A stretch of 64,000 nt of DNA from Lama glama (Eukaryota). Under the pieces are notes generated by a model that was given only the letters and a program-made list of their open reading frames with translations, did not search any database and was not told the origin of the DNA. Numbering within the stretch: the first letter of the stretch is position 1; each line of letters opens with the position of its first letter. A program made the translations under genes and the position numbers. The stretch covers positions 66,652,001 to 66,716,000 of the forward strand of contig CM052817.1 in the NCBI GenBank assembly GCA_028534125.1, read 5' to 3'. Shown in pieces: positions 51,916 through 64,000 of the stretch.

Positions 51916-51940
51916 ATTATTATTATTATTATTATTATTA
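51916..51940. repeat. (ATT)n microsatellite
   Basis: About 8 units. Confidence 0.9.
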
Positions 51941-52007
51941 CCAGAATAAATTGTGCTGTGGTTGAATCTCAGATAATTTTTGCCGCCTCTCAGATTTTTT
52001 TAAAAGT

Positions 52008-52342
52008 TTTTTTCCAGCTCTATTGGGATATAATTGATTTATAACATTAAGTTTAAGTATTCAACATGATGATTTGATACATGGGTACACTGAGAAATAA
52101 TTACCACAATAAAGTTAGTTAACACTTCCATCATCTCACATCATTACCTTTTTGTGGGGAAGAGTGGTGAGAACATTTAAGATCTACTCTCTTAGCAACT
52201 TTAAAGTATATAATACATTACTGTTAACTATAGTCACCATGCTGTACATTACATCCCCAGAAAGTATTCATCTTATAACTGGAAGTTTGTACCATTTGAT
52301 CCACATCTCCTTGTTTCCCTCACCCTCCCAACCCTGGTAACC
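52008..52342 (-). mobile_element. L1MA9-like 3' end
   Basis: gtgagaacatttaagatctactctcttagcaacttt...ttaactatagtcaccatgctgtacatta. Confidence 0.85.
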
Positions 52343-52344
52343 TC

Positions 52345-52510
52345 CAGGTTGGGTTTAATTTCTACCCTGCTATTTACTGACTCTGTGACCTTGAGCAAAT
52401 TACTTCAGCTCTACCAATTCTGTCTTGTTTTTTTCACTTATGGAACTCTTGAGTGGATATTAGAATTTTGGGGAAGTCCTTGCTATACAGCAGACATCGA
52501 ATAAGTGTTA
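52345..52510 (+). mobile_element. MIR SINE fragment
   Basis: ctatttactgactctgtgaccttgagcaaattacttc. Confidence 0.6.
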
Positions 52511-53799
52511 TTTTTTTCCCTCCTTGGTCTATACTACTACTTGTTTCTATCAAACTATTGTTCCGTCCATAATACTGAAAATTAATAATTCATCTCAACC
52601 ACTTATTGTGTATATGACACTGTGTTAGTGCTGAATATTTGATGTGAAAATGAAGCCCTTCCTTAGAGTCACAATAGGCTATTTTCACACATCTTACATT
52701 CTGATTTACCTGTTGAGCACTAGACAATTAGGGTAACTTAAATTTCAGCCTTTGAACAAGTTCAGAAGTCACTGAACTTAAGCTGAGAAGACTAATAAGC
52801 TTAATGAGGTCTATTGAGGATTGGTGAGGTAAGAACATTTTATCCTGTAGAAATTTTATATCCCAATTATTGGGATTATAATACAGCCAACATACTAACT
52901 TGGATTGGAAAATGAATTGTTCTCAGGCATTTTGAGGACATTGAATTCCAAAGATATATCAGACTCTTCAGAACACGTATGTTAATGATAAATTAATGTT
53001 TGAGAGAGAGTTAAGGAGGATTACCACAGAGTAGAAACCATAGATCTTCTTTTTCAGTTTTCTTACTCCTCCCTATTCCTTCCCACTGTCTTTCATGGAC
53101 ATATATATGTTCTGTTGTTCTTTGAGACATAACGTAATGATAGATGTCACCAGGAGGAGATAAATCACTATAAGGGACAGCACCATTAACAAATAGATAC
53201 TTATATCCAAATAATTTTCAAATTATTCAGGGTATGTATATTTGAGTAAGGAGCTCTCCTGTGTTTCTAGTCATCTCCAGATTACAATCTCCAGACTGTA
53301 ATAGTCCAGTAGACCAGGTAGTTTTAATTCAGTTTCCCAAAGTGAAGGTATATACCACTTGTAAAGGAGATAATTTTAGATAGTATATATCTGAGACACA
53401 TGACCTTAAAAAAATCAAAATAAGAGATTTTTGAACTTTACAATTCCTCCAATTAGTAAAGAAAGAATCTCAGTTTGATGGCAGCATATATTTAACAATT
53501 AGCCCACATGATGTAACTTTTTTTATAGAGAGAGTAGGTCTCAAACTCTGGGCTTTGGCAGCTAAAATTTAACAGCACAATTTAATTTTCATTCCTTTTT
53601 TAATGGTTACTTTTTGGTTTGTAGAAGTGATGCTGTATTTCCTTTTATGGCAGTGATATAAAAGTTTTTGTTGAAAATACATTTAAGTGGTGATTTAATT
53701 CATTTAAGCATAAAAATTAAGGAAATAATTGTATAAATTGTTTAAAGCAAACTGTGAAAGTAATGTTGACAGCAAGTTAGCTTTAACATGATTTAGTGC

Positions 53800-54350
53800 T
53801 TTCCTTTCCAATTAATGTATATTGTCACCTGATACCCAGAACTGGAAAATGCTTCATAAGTGAAGACTATGATGCTACTGTTAGTAACTAGGTTCTGCAC
53901 AATATACTTCTATTAATACCATCTGCGATTGCATTAGCTCTTTTGCAAAGCCCATTATTACGCTTTTGTCTCATATTGAACTTGAAGTCAACTAAAACCC
54001 TTAGAGGTTTTTCATAAGAACTGCTGCCAAGCTGGGTTTTTTCCTTAAGACTAGTATAATTGATTTTTTGAAGTCCAGGATACAAAATATCATAATTACT
54101 ATTAAATTTCATCTTGGTTGCTGTGTACCAATGATTCAACTTGTTCAGATCTTTTTGGATCTTGATTTCCTTTTTTGATTTATTAGCTCTTATCCCAGTA
54201 CTGCCATTCTGAAAATTTGTTAAGAATACTTTCCATATTTTCACCCAAGTAATTGATTTTAAAACGTGAAGCAAGAAAAAGCCACAGTTTAAGAACTACT
54301 GTGTTTCATTAGAGACTCCTTTTATGTTGATGTCAAACTTTTGATCATGG
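53800..54350 (-). mobile_element. L3/CR1 reverse-transcriptase fragment
   Basis: Peptide IQKDLNKLNHW...KMKFN...LGSSSYEKPLRVLVDFKFNMRQ...KRANAI..INRSI matches the CR1 ORF2 C-terminus. Confidence 0.85.
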
Positions 54351-54744
54351 TAAAAATCCCTTTAAATTTATAGATGAAGAAACTAACCATTCAGTGCCTT
54401 TATGCTTAGTTGCACAGGTTGTGCAGTGCACAAATCTGGATATGTATTCACATAGGTTCAAATGCACCATTGTGTACAGGAGTCCAGCTTTGGATGATAG
54501 TTTTCAGTCACTGCAAATTCACCTATATAGTTGTTTCACTAAGGTCACATTTTCCTACTGTAGTTATAAAAATAATATTAATTATTTTATCAAATGTCGT
54601 GTTAAAAATCCAAAATACAACAAAATTATTAAGATTCTCCTCTTTCTCACTTCAGAAGGAAACTTACCAATGGAAAAAATAGAATAATTTGGCATCATTT
54701 GTTCCTGACAAACACTTGTTATCTATTTGTAATTGCCTTTTACT

Positions 54745-54897
54745 TTTCTTTTTTTTCTTTTTTTTTGATTTATAATCATTTTACAATGTTGTGTCAAATT
54801 CCAGTGTTCAGCACAATTTTTCAGTCATTCATGGACATATACACACTCATTGTCACATTTTTTTCTCTGTGAGTTATCATAACATTTTGTGTATATT
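54745..54897 (-). mobile_element. Young L1 3' end running into the gap
   Basis: T tail and near-identity to 23659-23798. Confidence 0.85.
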
Positions 54898-55397
54898 NNN
54901 NNNNNNNNNNNNNNNNNNNNNNNNNNNNNNNNNNNNNNNNNNNNNNNNNNNNNNNNNNNNNNNNNNNNNNNNNNNNNNNNNNNNNNNNNNNNNNNNNNNN
55001 NNNNNNNNNNNNNNNNNNNNNNNNNNNNNNNNNNNNNNNNNNNNNNNNNNNNNNNNNNNNNNNNNNNNNNNNNNNNNNNNNNNNNNNNNNNNNNNNNNNN
55101 NNNNNNNNNNNNNNNNNNNNNNNNNNNNNNNNNNNNNNNNNNNNNNNNNNNNNNNNNNNNNNNNNNNNNNNNNNNNNNNNNNNNNNNNNNNNNNNNNNNN
55201 NNNNNNNNNNNNNNNNNNNNNNNNNNNNNNNNNNNNNNNNNNNNNNNNNNNNNNNNNNNNNNNNNNNNNNNNNNNNNNNNNNNNNNNNNNNNNNNNNNNN
55301 NNNNNNNNNNNNNNNNNNNNNNNNNNNNNNNNNNNNNNNNNNNNNNNNNNNNNNNNNNNNNNNNNNNNNNNNNNNNNNNNNNNNNNNNNNNNNNNNN
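54898..55397. other. Assembly gap (500 N)
   Basis: N run of exactly 500. Confidence 0.99.
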
Positions 55398-55547
55398 GGC
55401 TTTTTGTTCTTCTTTTTCTAATTCATTCAGGTGGTGGGTTAAATTGTTTATTTGAGATTGTTCTTTTTTGAGGAAGGCCTGTATCGCTATAAACTTCCCT
55501 CTTAGCACTGCCTTTGCTGTGTCCCATAGGTTTTGAGTGGTTGTTTT
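55398..55547 (-). mobile_element. Young L1 ORF2 fragment just after the endonuclease domain
   Basis: Peptide [34 protein letters not shown]. Confidence 0.9.
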
Positions 55548-55629
55548 TGTAGATATTCTTTAAATTTGGGGAAGTTTCCCTCTATTTCTAGTTTTCTGAG
55601 AGTTTCTTTTATTCACAAATGAATGCTGG

Positions 55630-58275
55630 TACAAATAAAAAATACAATGCCATTTACAATCACTCAAAGAATTACTTAGGTGTAAGTTAGCAAAACATCT
55701 GCAGGACTTTATTCTGAAAATAATATGGTTTTGATGAAAGAAATCAAAGAGGATCTAAATAAATGGAGAGATATGCCAAGTTCATGGATTAGAAGAATCG
55801 ACATAGTAAAGATGTCAGTTCTTCTGTAATTGGTATATAAGTATTCAAAATCCCAACAAGACTTTTTTTTATAGATATACACAAGATTATTCTAGAATTT
55901 ATATGGAAAGGTAGAACAGCTAAAACAAATTTGAAAAAGAAGAATAAAGTGGGAGAAATCAGTTGACCTGATTTTGAGACTTATTATCCAGTTAGAGTAA
56001 TGATGACTGTGTGGTATTGGCAGAGGGCTAGACTTGTAGATCAGTGAAGCAGAATAGAGAACCAAGAAATAGACTCACACAAGTATGGCTAGCTGCCTTT
56101 TGACGAAGGTGAAAAAGTAATTCAATGGAGGAAGGATAATCTTTTCAACAAATGGTGCTGGAGCAATTTTATACTCATAGACAAAAAATTTTCCAAATAA
56201 AAATCATAGCCAAAACCCCAAATTTCAATCTAAACCTCACACCTTTTGCAAAAATTAAGCCCAAATGCATCATAAATTTAAATGTGGAACATAAAATGTG
56301 CAACTTTTAGATGATAGCGTGGAGTAAACTCTTTGGGGTCTAGGGCTTGGTGACAAGTTCTTAGACATGACACAAAAAGCACAATCCATAAAAGACAAAA
56401 ACCAATAAATTGGATGTCATCAAAATGAAACACTTTTTCTGTGAAAGATCTTGTTAAGAGGATGAAATGATTAGCTACAAACTGGGAGAAAATATTTGCA
56501 AACCACATATCTGACAAAGGACTCATTTTTAGAATATATAGAGAATTCTGAAAACTCATATTAAAAAACAATGTGAATAGGAAATAGGCAAAAGACATGA
56601 AGTTGCTATTTCACTGAAGAAGATATATGGATTGTAAATAAATACACCAAAAGATGTTAAGCATCACTAGCCATTAGGGAAATGCAAATCAAGACCACAG
56701 TGAGATGTCACTACTTACTTATAAGAATAGCTATATTTGAAAATATGATAGTACCAAATACTAGCAAGGATGCTGAGAAACTGGATCTTTCATACATTGC
56801 TGGAGGGAAACTAAAATGATACAGCCAATTCAGAAAATAGTTTGTCAGTTTCTTAAAAACTCTAAAGATACACTTACTTTATAACATAGAAATTGTATTT
56901 CAGGGCTTTTATCCAAGAGAAATGAAACCTATGCACAAGCCACTATGGAAAACAGTTTGGAGGATCCTCCAAAAACTGAAAATAGAACTACCATATGACC
57001 CAGCAATTTCACTGCTGGGAGTATATCTGAAGAAAATGAAAACACTAATTTGAAAAGATACATGCACTCCAATGTTCTTAGCAACATTATTCACAATATC
57101 CAAGATATGGAAGCAACCTAAGTGTCCATCAAAGATAAATAGATAAAGAAGATGTGAAATATATGTATACACACACATATATAAACTACAACAAGTACAA
57201 TGGAATATTATCCATGAAAAAGAATAAAATTCTGCCATTTGCTGCAATGTGGATGGACCTAGGGAGTATTATGCTTAGTGAAATAAGTCAGACAAAGACA
57301 ACTATTGTGTATTATCACTTATATGTGGAATCTACAAAAACAAAACAAACTAGTGAATATAACCAAAAAGGAACAGACTTCCAGATATAGAGAACAAACT
57401 AGTGGTTACCAATGGCGGGGAGGGAAGAGGGGAAGGGCAAGATAGAGGTATGGGATTGAGAAATGCAAACTGCTATGTATAAAATAAATAAGCAACAAAG
57501 ATATATTGTATAGCACAGAGAAATATAGCTATTATTTTGTAATAGCTTTAACTGGAGTATAATCTTTACAAATGTTGAATCCCTATATTGTACACCTGAA
57601 ACTAATACAGTATTGTCAATCAGCTATACTACAATAGAAATAAACTTAAAAAACCCTGTGTCCACACAAAAATCTGTATGTGATTGTTTATAACATCTTT
57701 ACTTATAATAGCCAAAACTAGAAACAATTCAAATATCCTTCAGTAGGTGAGTGGTTAACTCAACTCAGGGACATCTATACCACGGAATGTTACCCAGCAA
57801 AGAACCAAAATCAAAATTGAGACAACAGTAACAACAACAAAAATGAATGAACTGTTGATACATGCAATAATTTGGATGAGCATTGTGCTGAGTGGAAAAA
57901 AATCACTCTCAAAATGTTACATACTGTATTGCCCCATTTATATAACATTCTTGAAATGTCAAAATTGTAAAGATCAAAACAGATTCATGGTTCCTACCGG
58001 ATTAGAGATGTTGGGGTGGTGGGAAAGAGGAGCATGGGGGAGATCTTTGTGGTGATGGAATAGTCTGTTTCTTGATTGTGTTGGTAGTTACACAGATTTA
58101 CACAGACCACAAAATGACACAGAACTACACTAATACATTGTATCAGTGTCAAATTCCTAGTTCTAATAAGGGACTATAATTCTGTACAATGCAACCATTG
58201 GGGGAAGTTGATAGTGCAGATCTGAACTATCTTTGCAAATATGTGTTGTGAATGTCTAACTATTCCAAAATAAGA
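55630..58275 (+). mobile_element. L1MC/MD-type element, ORF2 3' half and 3' UTR
   Basis: gatgaaagaaatcaaagaggatctaaataaatggagagatatgcc...atttgcaaaccacatatctgacaaagg. Confidence 0.85.
56935..57650 (+). mobile_element. Younger L1 3' end nested in the older L1
   Basis: gccactatggaaaacagtttggagg...tacacctgaaactaatac. The host resumes at ccacacaaaaatctgta, with a degenerate TSD aaacctatg/aaaccctgtg. Confidence 0.8.
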
Positions 58276-59249
58276 TTTAAAAATTTAATCATCAGTGGAA
58301 GCCATATATTCATCCAGTTTCTATTCTGGTAGGAGAGATGGAAAACAAGTAAGTAAATAAGTATGTAAATATGTAAATACAGATACTCTAATCTTTTCCA
58401 TGAAATGGATGAACAAGGTTGCATATGATTCATACAGCAGTGCTTTTCTCCTAAAAATATCTTTTTAAATAAAAATACTTTAAGAATCTTCTTTATAATA
58501 AAGTGACACACATTAGAAATATTGAGATTAGTAGAAATACAACTACCTATTTGTAAATGTAAATCTTTGTCCTTAAACTCTTCCCTATCACTTCTAATCC
58601 TGGTTTTTTTTTTTCAATAGGAATCTCTTTAGTAGATGCCCAATATTTCTCAGAGAACTGTATCATTCTAGCTTATTTTTCATCTGGTTCTATTGGTAAG
58701 CAGGCAAAAATTTGAGTGTAATCTTCTACTATGATGGCTTCTTTCCAATATTGTCATGATTACTTAGAGAACAAGGTAAACATCACTCAGTTCTAAACAA
58801 GTTGTGGGTGACATATTTCCATGGAAATCATTTCCTTAGTTGGAGCAATTTTTCTTTAAGTTCTTAAATCCTACCTTAAGTCCTTTGTTTCAAGTTTGTT
58901 TTTTCTTTAAAAATCTTTCTGAATGTGTAAAGATACAACTTTACAAGATTTAAAGTATGAATGTTAAAAGTAGACAAATTTTGGTTCAACCCAAGCAAGA
59001 ATTTTCTGATAATCAAACACATTAAAAGATGGGACTATGCTGTTTGGTGAAGAAACATTTAAACTAGAGAAAGTTTCAAATCTCTTCTAACTTCGAGGTG
59101 ATGTAAATAAAGAAAAACTAAAGTCCATACAGTGATTTCCTCAAGAGAGAAATTTTAAAAATGGCAACTATTCCTTTCCAAAGAGAAATTATGCTAGCTG
59201 AAGTCACATAGAGAAGATGCCATAAATGATTAAAATTATACCTCTTGTT

Positions 59250-60650
59250 AATAAATTCATTCGTTAATTCAACAGATATTTATTGAGATACTACTATGTT
59301 CTAGGAATTATTCTAGGTTTAGGTTTAGAGGATCTAGGATAAAGCAAGTCTCTACTTTCAAGGGGCTAATATTGCAATGGAGGGAGGGAGAAAATATATA
59401 GATATATAATAAGGCATGTGGAAATTAGTGCATAAAAAGGCATAAATCAGGATAAAGGGAATAGGAAATATGGGGGTGGGTGGGGTGACTTGTCATTTTA
59501 TATAGGATGTTTATAAAGGCAGCCTCTTTGATTAGTTGATATTTGAATCTGGACATGAAGTGAGAGTGAGTGGGTCATGATGGTATCTGGAGAAATTAAA
59601 CTGTAATTAACAGCAGCAGCTGCAAATTCTCTTGGGTAGCATGATGGTTAATTTTATATGTCAACTTGACTGGACTAACAAATGCCCAGGTAGTTGGTAA
59701 AATATTATTTTTGGGTATATCTGTGAGGATATTTTTGGAAGAGATTAGCATTTGAATCAACAGACTGAGCAAAGAAGTTTTCCCTCATCAATGCTGGTGG
59801 GCATCATCCAATCTGTTGATGGTTAGAATAGGACAAGAAGACAGGAAGGGCAAATTTATTCTCTTTGCTTAAGGTTGGATATCCATCTTCTACTGCCCTT
59901 TGACATCTGTGCTCCTGGTTCTCAAACCTTCAGACTCTGACAGGGATTTACACCATCCACTCCTCTTCTCAGGCATTTGAACTCAGACTGAATTACACCA
60001 ACTTTCCTAGTTCTCCATCTTGCAGACAGCAGATCATGGGACTTTGTGACCTCCGTAATCGCATGAGCCAATTACTATAATAAATCTCCTCTTTTATATA
60101 TCTGTATATTTCCTATTGGCTCTATTTGGGGAATTCTGACTAATATAGGCGAAAAGGAGTTTGGTATGTTAGGGGAGCACAAGGAGGCCAGTATGGATGG
60201 AGTGGAGTAAGAGAGTAATAAAAGAGGTTGGAGAAATGGTGGTAGAGCAGGAAAAATTATGTAGAACACTATAGCTTATGGTAAGTCTTGTGGCTTTTAC
60301 TAGGAATGAGATGGGAAGCAGTTCAAGGTATAAGTAGAAAGTGACACCATCTATTTTATGTTTAAAAGGATTGTTCTGATTGCTCTGTTGGGAACAGATT
60401 GTAGGGTGCACGAGTAGACGCAGAGAGAGTACTTAAGAAGGAGGTTATTGTAATAATTAGCTGAGAGATGGAAGTGGATTGGAATGGGGTTGGGGCAGTT
60501 GGGTACTGGTACAGATAAGAAGTGAACTTGGCATATAATTTGAAAATAGAGACCAGAGGTTTTCCTGGTGAATTGGATGTGGAATGTGAAAAAAAAGACG
60601 TAAATCAAAGATAGAAGTCCCAAATTTTTGGCCTGAGCACTTGGAAGATC
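59250..60650 (-). mobile_element. L2 LINE interrupted by MLT2
   Basis: attcattcgttaattcaacagatatttattgag, and ttttatgtttaaaaggattgttctgattgct...tttggcctgagcacttggaag. Confidence 0.75.
59640..60147 (+). mobile_element. MLT2B-like ERVL LTR
   Basis: tgatggttaattttatatgtcaacttgactgg...ggaagagattagcatttgaatc...aataaa...ctgactaatata. Confidence 0.9.
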
Positions 60651-62239
60651 ATAACACTATGTTTCATAAAATACATGATTGAAAGGTTCACAAGGGTTGA
60701 AGAATACGTCTTTCTGTTCATTGAGCCTCAACATATGGCTGTTGCTCTTCTTTGGCTCAGATTTGTATACTTGATGAATATATTTAACTTTTCCTTCTTG
60801 CCAGTTGCTGCCACATATGTGCCTGGGTTTCCCCATAATTTAAGGATGGTGAGTATTAACCACAGCTTGCATAAGTCATACCAGTGACACGAATTTAAAT
60901 ATTATGAGTGCAGTCTAAAGCACTCAGGCAGGATAATTTAGAATGCCTGACATTTTGTAATTGGGTTTTATATCATCATGTGAAAAATTTATGACTGCTT
61001 AACTGTGCCCATTATTCTTTCTGTTCCCCTTTCGTCTCTGACTGCCACATTCCTGCCTAACTCTATCTCTAAGGCTAACCTAGGTTATCAAAGTTTTTCT
61101 TTCCTTAAAATATACCTTTCAAACCAGTAGGAAAAGGCTGAAAGCTTACTTTTATAAAAGCTAGCGTATGTCATCTTTCAACATGTCCAATAAAGGGTTA
61201 TTGTCTAGGGTGAATGACAGTATCAATTTTTTAACATGGAAGAACCCTAGCTGTTTTCTCTGAATGATGTTTTTGGGTTTTTCTAGGGCACATTCTGAAT
61301 ATTCTGGGTATTTTTTATTTTAATGTGCATGAGAGTTTGCCTTTTTTAAAATGCTTGTTTATATGGGTTAATTCTACTAGAAAATTTGTGTAGGAAAAAC
61401 ACCTGCTACTTAATCTTATAAGAATTGGTATATAGTATGGGACTTTGCTTTTGGATACAGTTAGAAAGAATATGAGTATAGGTCCAGGGGAACAAGAGGT
61501 AAAAAGAACCCAGAAATAATTAGAAAGAATCAAGTTAAACATACAGTTATATATCAAAACCACAATAATCTGGATTATAGTGTTGGAGTAGGTTTTTAGA
61601 TTGGTCCTCAAGACTATTAGGAATAGTGTTGAAAACAGGACTTTAACATAGAAATATGTAAAGGTTTCAGTGGGTGAATGAAATAAGATCAAAATATGTA
61701 CTTTGAGCAGGTGCTGTCAAGAATCATGATTGTGAGTAAAATTGGCAGTTGTGGTCCATCAACAGTGGAAAGAGCTCATTATCACAGAATAGTGTCATGT
61801 AGATTGATGGGTGGGCAGTGAGGAGGGCACCTGGAACTCCCCCATTATCATACAGTAGTTGGAGGTGCCTTTCTTTGACTTGGTAGTGGCATCACGGTAA
61901 GCCACCAGTGAAAAATGGGCTGAACTGTCTCTGGAGTGTATGGCATGGAGGTTGTTGCCTGAGTGCCATGCTTTGAGAAGCCCAGAGTAGTTTAGTACTT
62001 GAGGAAGGCTGAAAATTGGGATGCTTGATCCAAAAGTAATGAGAATCTCATTCTATAAAATCATTCCCTTTCTTCTCTATCTTTAGGCTGCGTATTGCTT
62101 GTTTATAACTACTTTCTCTACATCCAAGCTACTCTTTATGGTCATTTAAAAACTCTTTAGGTGGCCCAGATCCTCACTTCTTGAAAACAACAAAACAAAA
62201 CAAATCCAAGAACAGGGAGAATTAAATGGAACATCAAAG

Positions 62240-62465
62240 TGGGTATGTGCTTTGGAATTACATTTTCTGAGAACAAATTCTAGGTTTACTACTTAATTTC
62301 ATGTGAAATCCTGGACAAAACACTCAATTTCTCTGTGCTCCAGTTCTCTCATCAATAAAATGTTGTTCTAGTAGCATCTGCTTCATAAGGTTGTTGTAAA
62401 GAATAAATGTGATTAATGCATGTAAAGTGCTTAGCACTTTATCTGGCTCAGTAAATGTTAGCTCA
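62240..62465 (+). mobile_element. MIR SINE
   Basis: ctctgtgctccagttctctcatcaataaaatg...gcatgtaaagtgcttagcac. Confidence 0.75.
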
Positions 62466-62700
62466 TAGTAACAGGTCATTTAATTGCCTCACTAACAAAT
62501 ACAGTGGGAAAGTATTAATGATGGGGGAAAGGCACAAGACTTTGTGTTCGGTTTTGCTGATTCTCTTTCCTAAGAGTCTTTATGTAGTCAGATAGGCATC
62601 TTGAATCTTTAATATCTCATTCTCCATAGGCAAAGACTCATATTGGGCTTGATAAGAGTCTTCAGCTTAGCAATATGAATATGACACTTCAAAGGGGACT

Positions 62701-63550
62701 GTGCACTAGGGTCTTGCCAGGAAAAGAGATGCCACCCTCAAACTGGGCAGAGCTAGATAAAGTAAGCCAGAAAGAGAAAGGAAAATACCATATGAGATCG
62801 CTCATATGTGAAATCTAAAAACAAAAACAAAAACAGAAAAACAAAGCATAAATACAAAACAGAAATAGACTCATAGACATAGAATACAAACTTGTGGTTA
62901 CCAAGGGGGCAGAGGGTGGGAAAGGATAGACGGGATTTCAAAATTGTAGAATAGATAAACAAGATTATACTGTATAGCACAGGGAAATATACACAAGATA
63001 TTATGGTAGCTCACAGAGAAAAAAATGTGACAATGAATATATATATATGTTCATGTATAACTGAAAAATTTTGCTCTACACTGGAATTTGACACAATATT
63101 GTAAAATGATTATAAAATCAATAAAAAATTTTTTAAAAAAAGGACAATTTAGAAAGGTGTAGGCAAGGTTTGAGGAAGACCATAAGGGGTAATGCAGCTC
63201 TCCAGGGCTAGTATCAGCTGGCAGCCTTTGCTTTCTTAGGCTGAAAGGAGCAGGAGCTGGGGTGTAGACTCTGAACCTGGTGAGAGAACTGGAGACCATC
63301 CTATGAAATGAGCTGGCTGTTAGGAGACAGACACAGATAATCTAGGTGGCAGCAGGAAGGAGCTTTGAGCAAGAAAGATGCTGATCTCCTTTCATTCCTG
63401 CTTCAGCTGTCCTGCTGGTACCTCAGGTTGACTGAACCCAACTGGAAGCTTGCTACAGTCCACACAGGCCAGTCTCCCAGAGAAGAGACCAGGGTGGAGA
63501 AGGGTAGAGGAGGATCAGAAGTGAAAATAGAAGGGATCAAACCAATAGCC
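62701..63550 (-). mobile_element. LTR33-like ERVL LTR split by an L1
   Basis: caggaaaagagatgccaccctcaaactggg before the L1 continues as ggacaatttagaaaggtgtaggcaagg...ccagggctag after it. Confidence 0.6.
62752..63140 (+). mobile_element. Young camelid-type L1 3' end
   Basis: Its last ~140 bp are the reverse complement of the 23659 and 54745 ends (ctggaatttgacacaatattgtaaaatgattataa), followed by AATAAA and an A tail. Confidence 0.9.
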
Positions 63551-64000
63551 ACATTATTTTTTTATATTTTGAAGGTTCAAGCATTATTCAAGTAGTAGGC
63601 TGTCTCATATCCAGGGAAAGCCTGGGCTACTGACTATAGCCTTGCTAAGACCATTTCTTCCAAGAAGGCTTCCTCATAACAGGCAAAAGAGTCTTGCTGT
63701 CTTTTAAAAATCTCTAGTACTGTGTGTGTCCTAGTCATTGAACACAAGATATACTTCTTTGAATTCAATGTGCATTCACACCTCTCTATTACATTTTTAG
63801 CTCCTAAGGCAGAATTGGTGTTTTGCTCATATTTGTTTCCTTCAAAATACTTCACACAATGCCTCTTTTCAACTTTTTCCATCAAAAGCGTCTTGCTTTT
63901 AATACTTTGACCTGGTACTCTTAAGACTAAGGACAAGGCAAGGGACTATTAACATTTTGCTTATGTTGGTAAACTTGCTTCTAACAGTAATAAGAGTTCC

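Noticed and set aside
54791..55508. Three ORFs of 188-227 aa
   Set aside because: Their length comes from the N gap; the only real peptide is an L1 ORF2 fragment.
62088..62160. WD40-like peptide QATLYGHLK after an acceptor
   Set aside because: It stops immediately at TAG, is out of phase with the 60805 candidate, and is too short to be significant.
1..64000. CRISPR arrays, operons or other prokaryotic systems
   Set aside because: The sequence is mammalian, with no repeat-spacer array or gene-dense region.

Overview
This is AT-rich mammalian non-coding DNA, most likely from a camelid (alpaca or camel). That assignment rests on a tRNA-derived vic-1-type SINE and several near-identical young L1 3' ends. 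Roughly half the window is transposon debris: L1 of several ages, L2, MIR, L3/CR1, MaLR and ERV LTRs, and hAT/TcMar DNA elements. There are two 500-N assembly gaps, each abutting a young L1. I recognise no host protein-coding gene, rRNA, true tRNA or CRISPR array; the ORF track is random ORFs, microsatellite translations and decayed retroelement peptides. The best-supported oddities are an LTR nested inside an LTR of its own family with both target-site duplications (TSDs) intact, a young class II-like ERV LTR emerging from a gap, and a long unbroken reading frame in an ancient CR1. Candidate spliced exons on both strands and enhancer-like motif clusters are weaker. I found no convincing novel biological system. 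Repeat family names come from recall of consensus sequences, not from a search, and boundaries of old elements are approximate.
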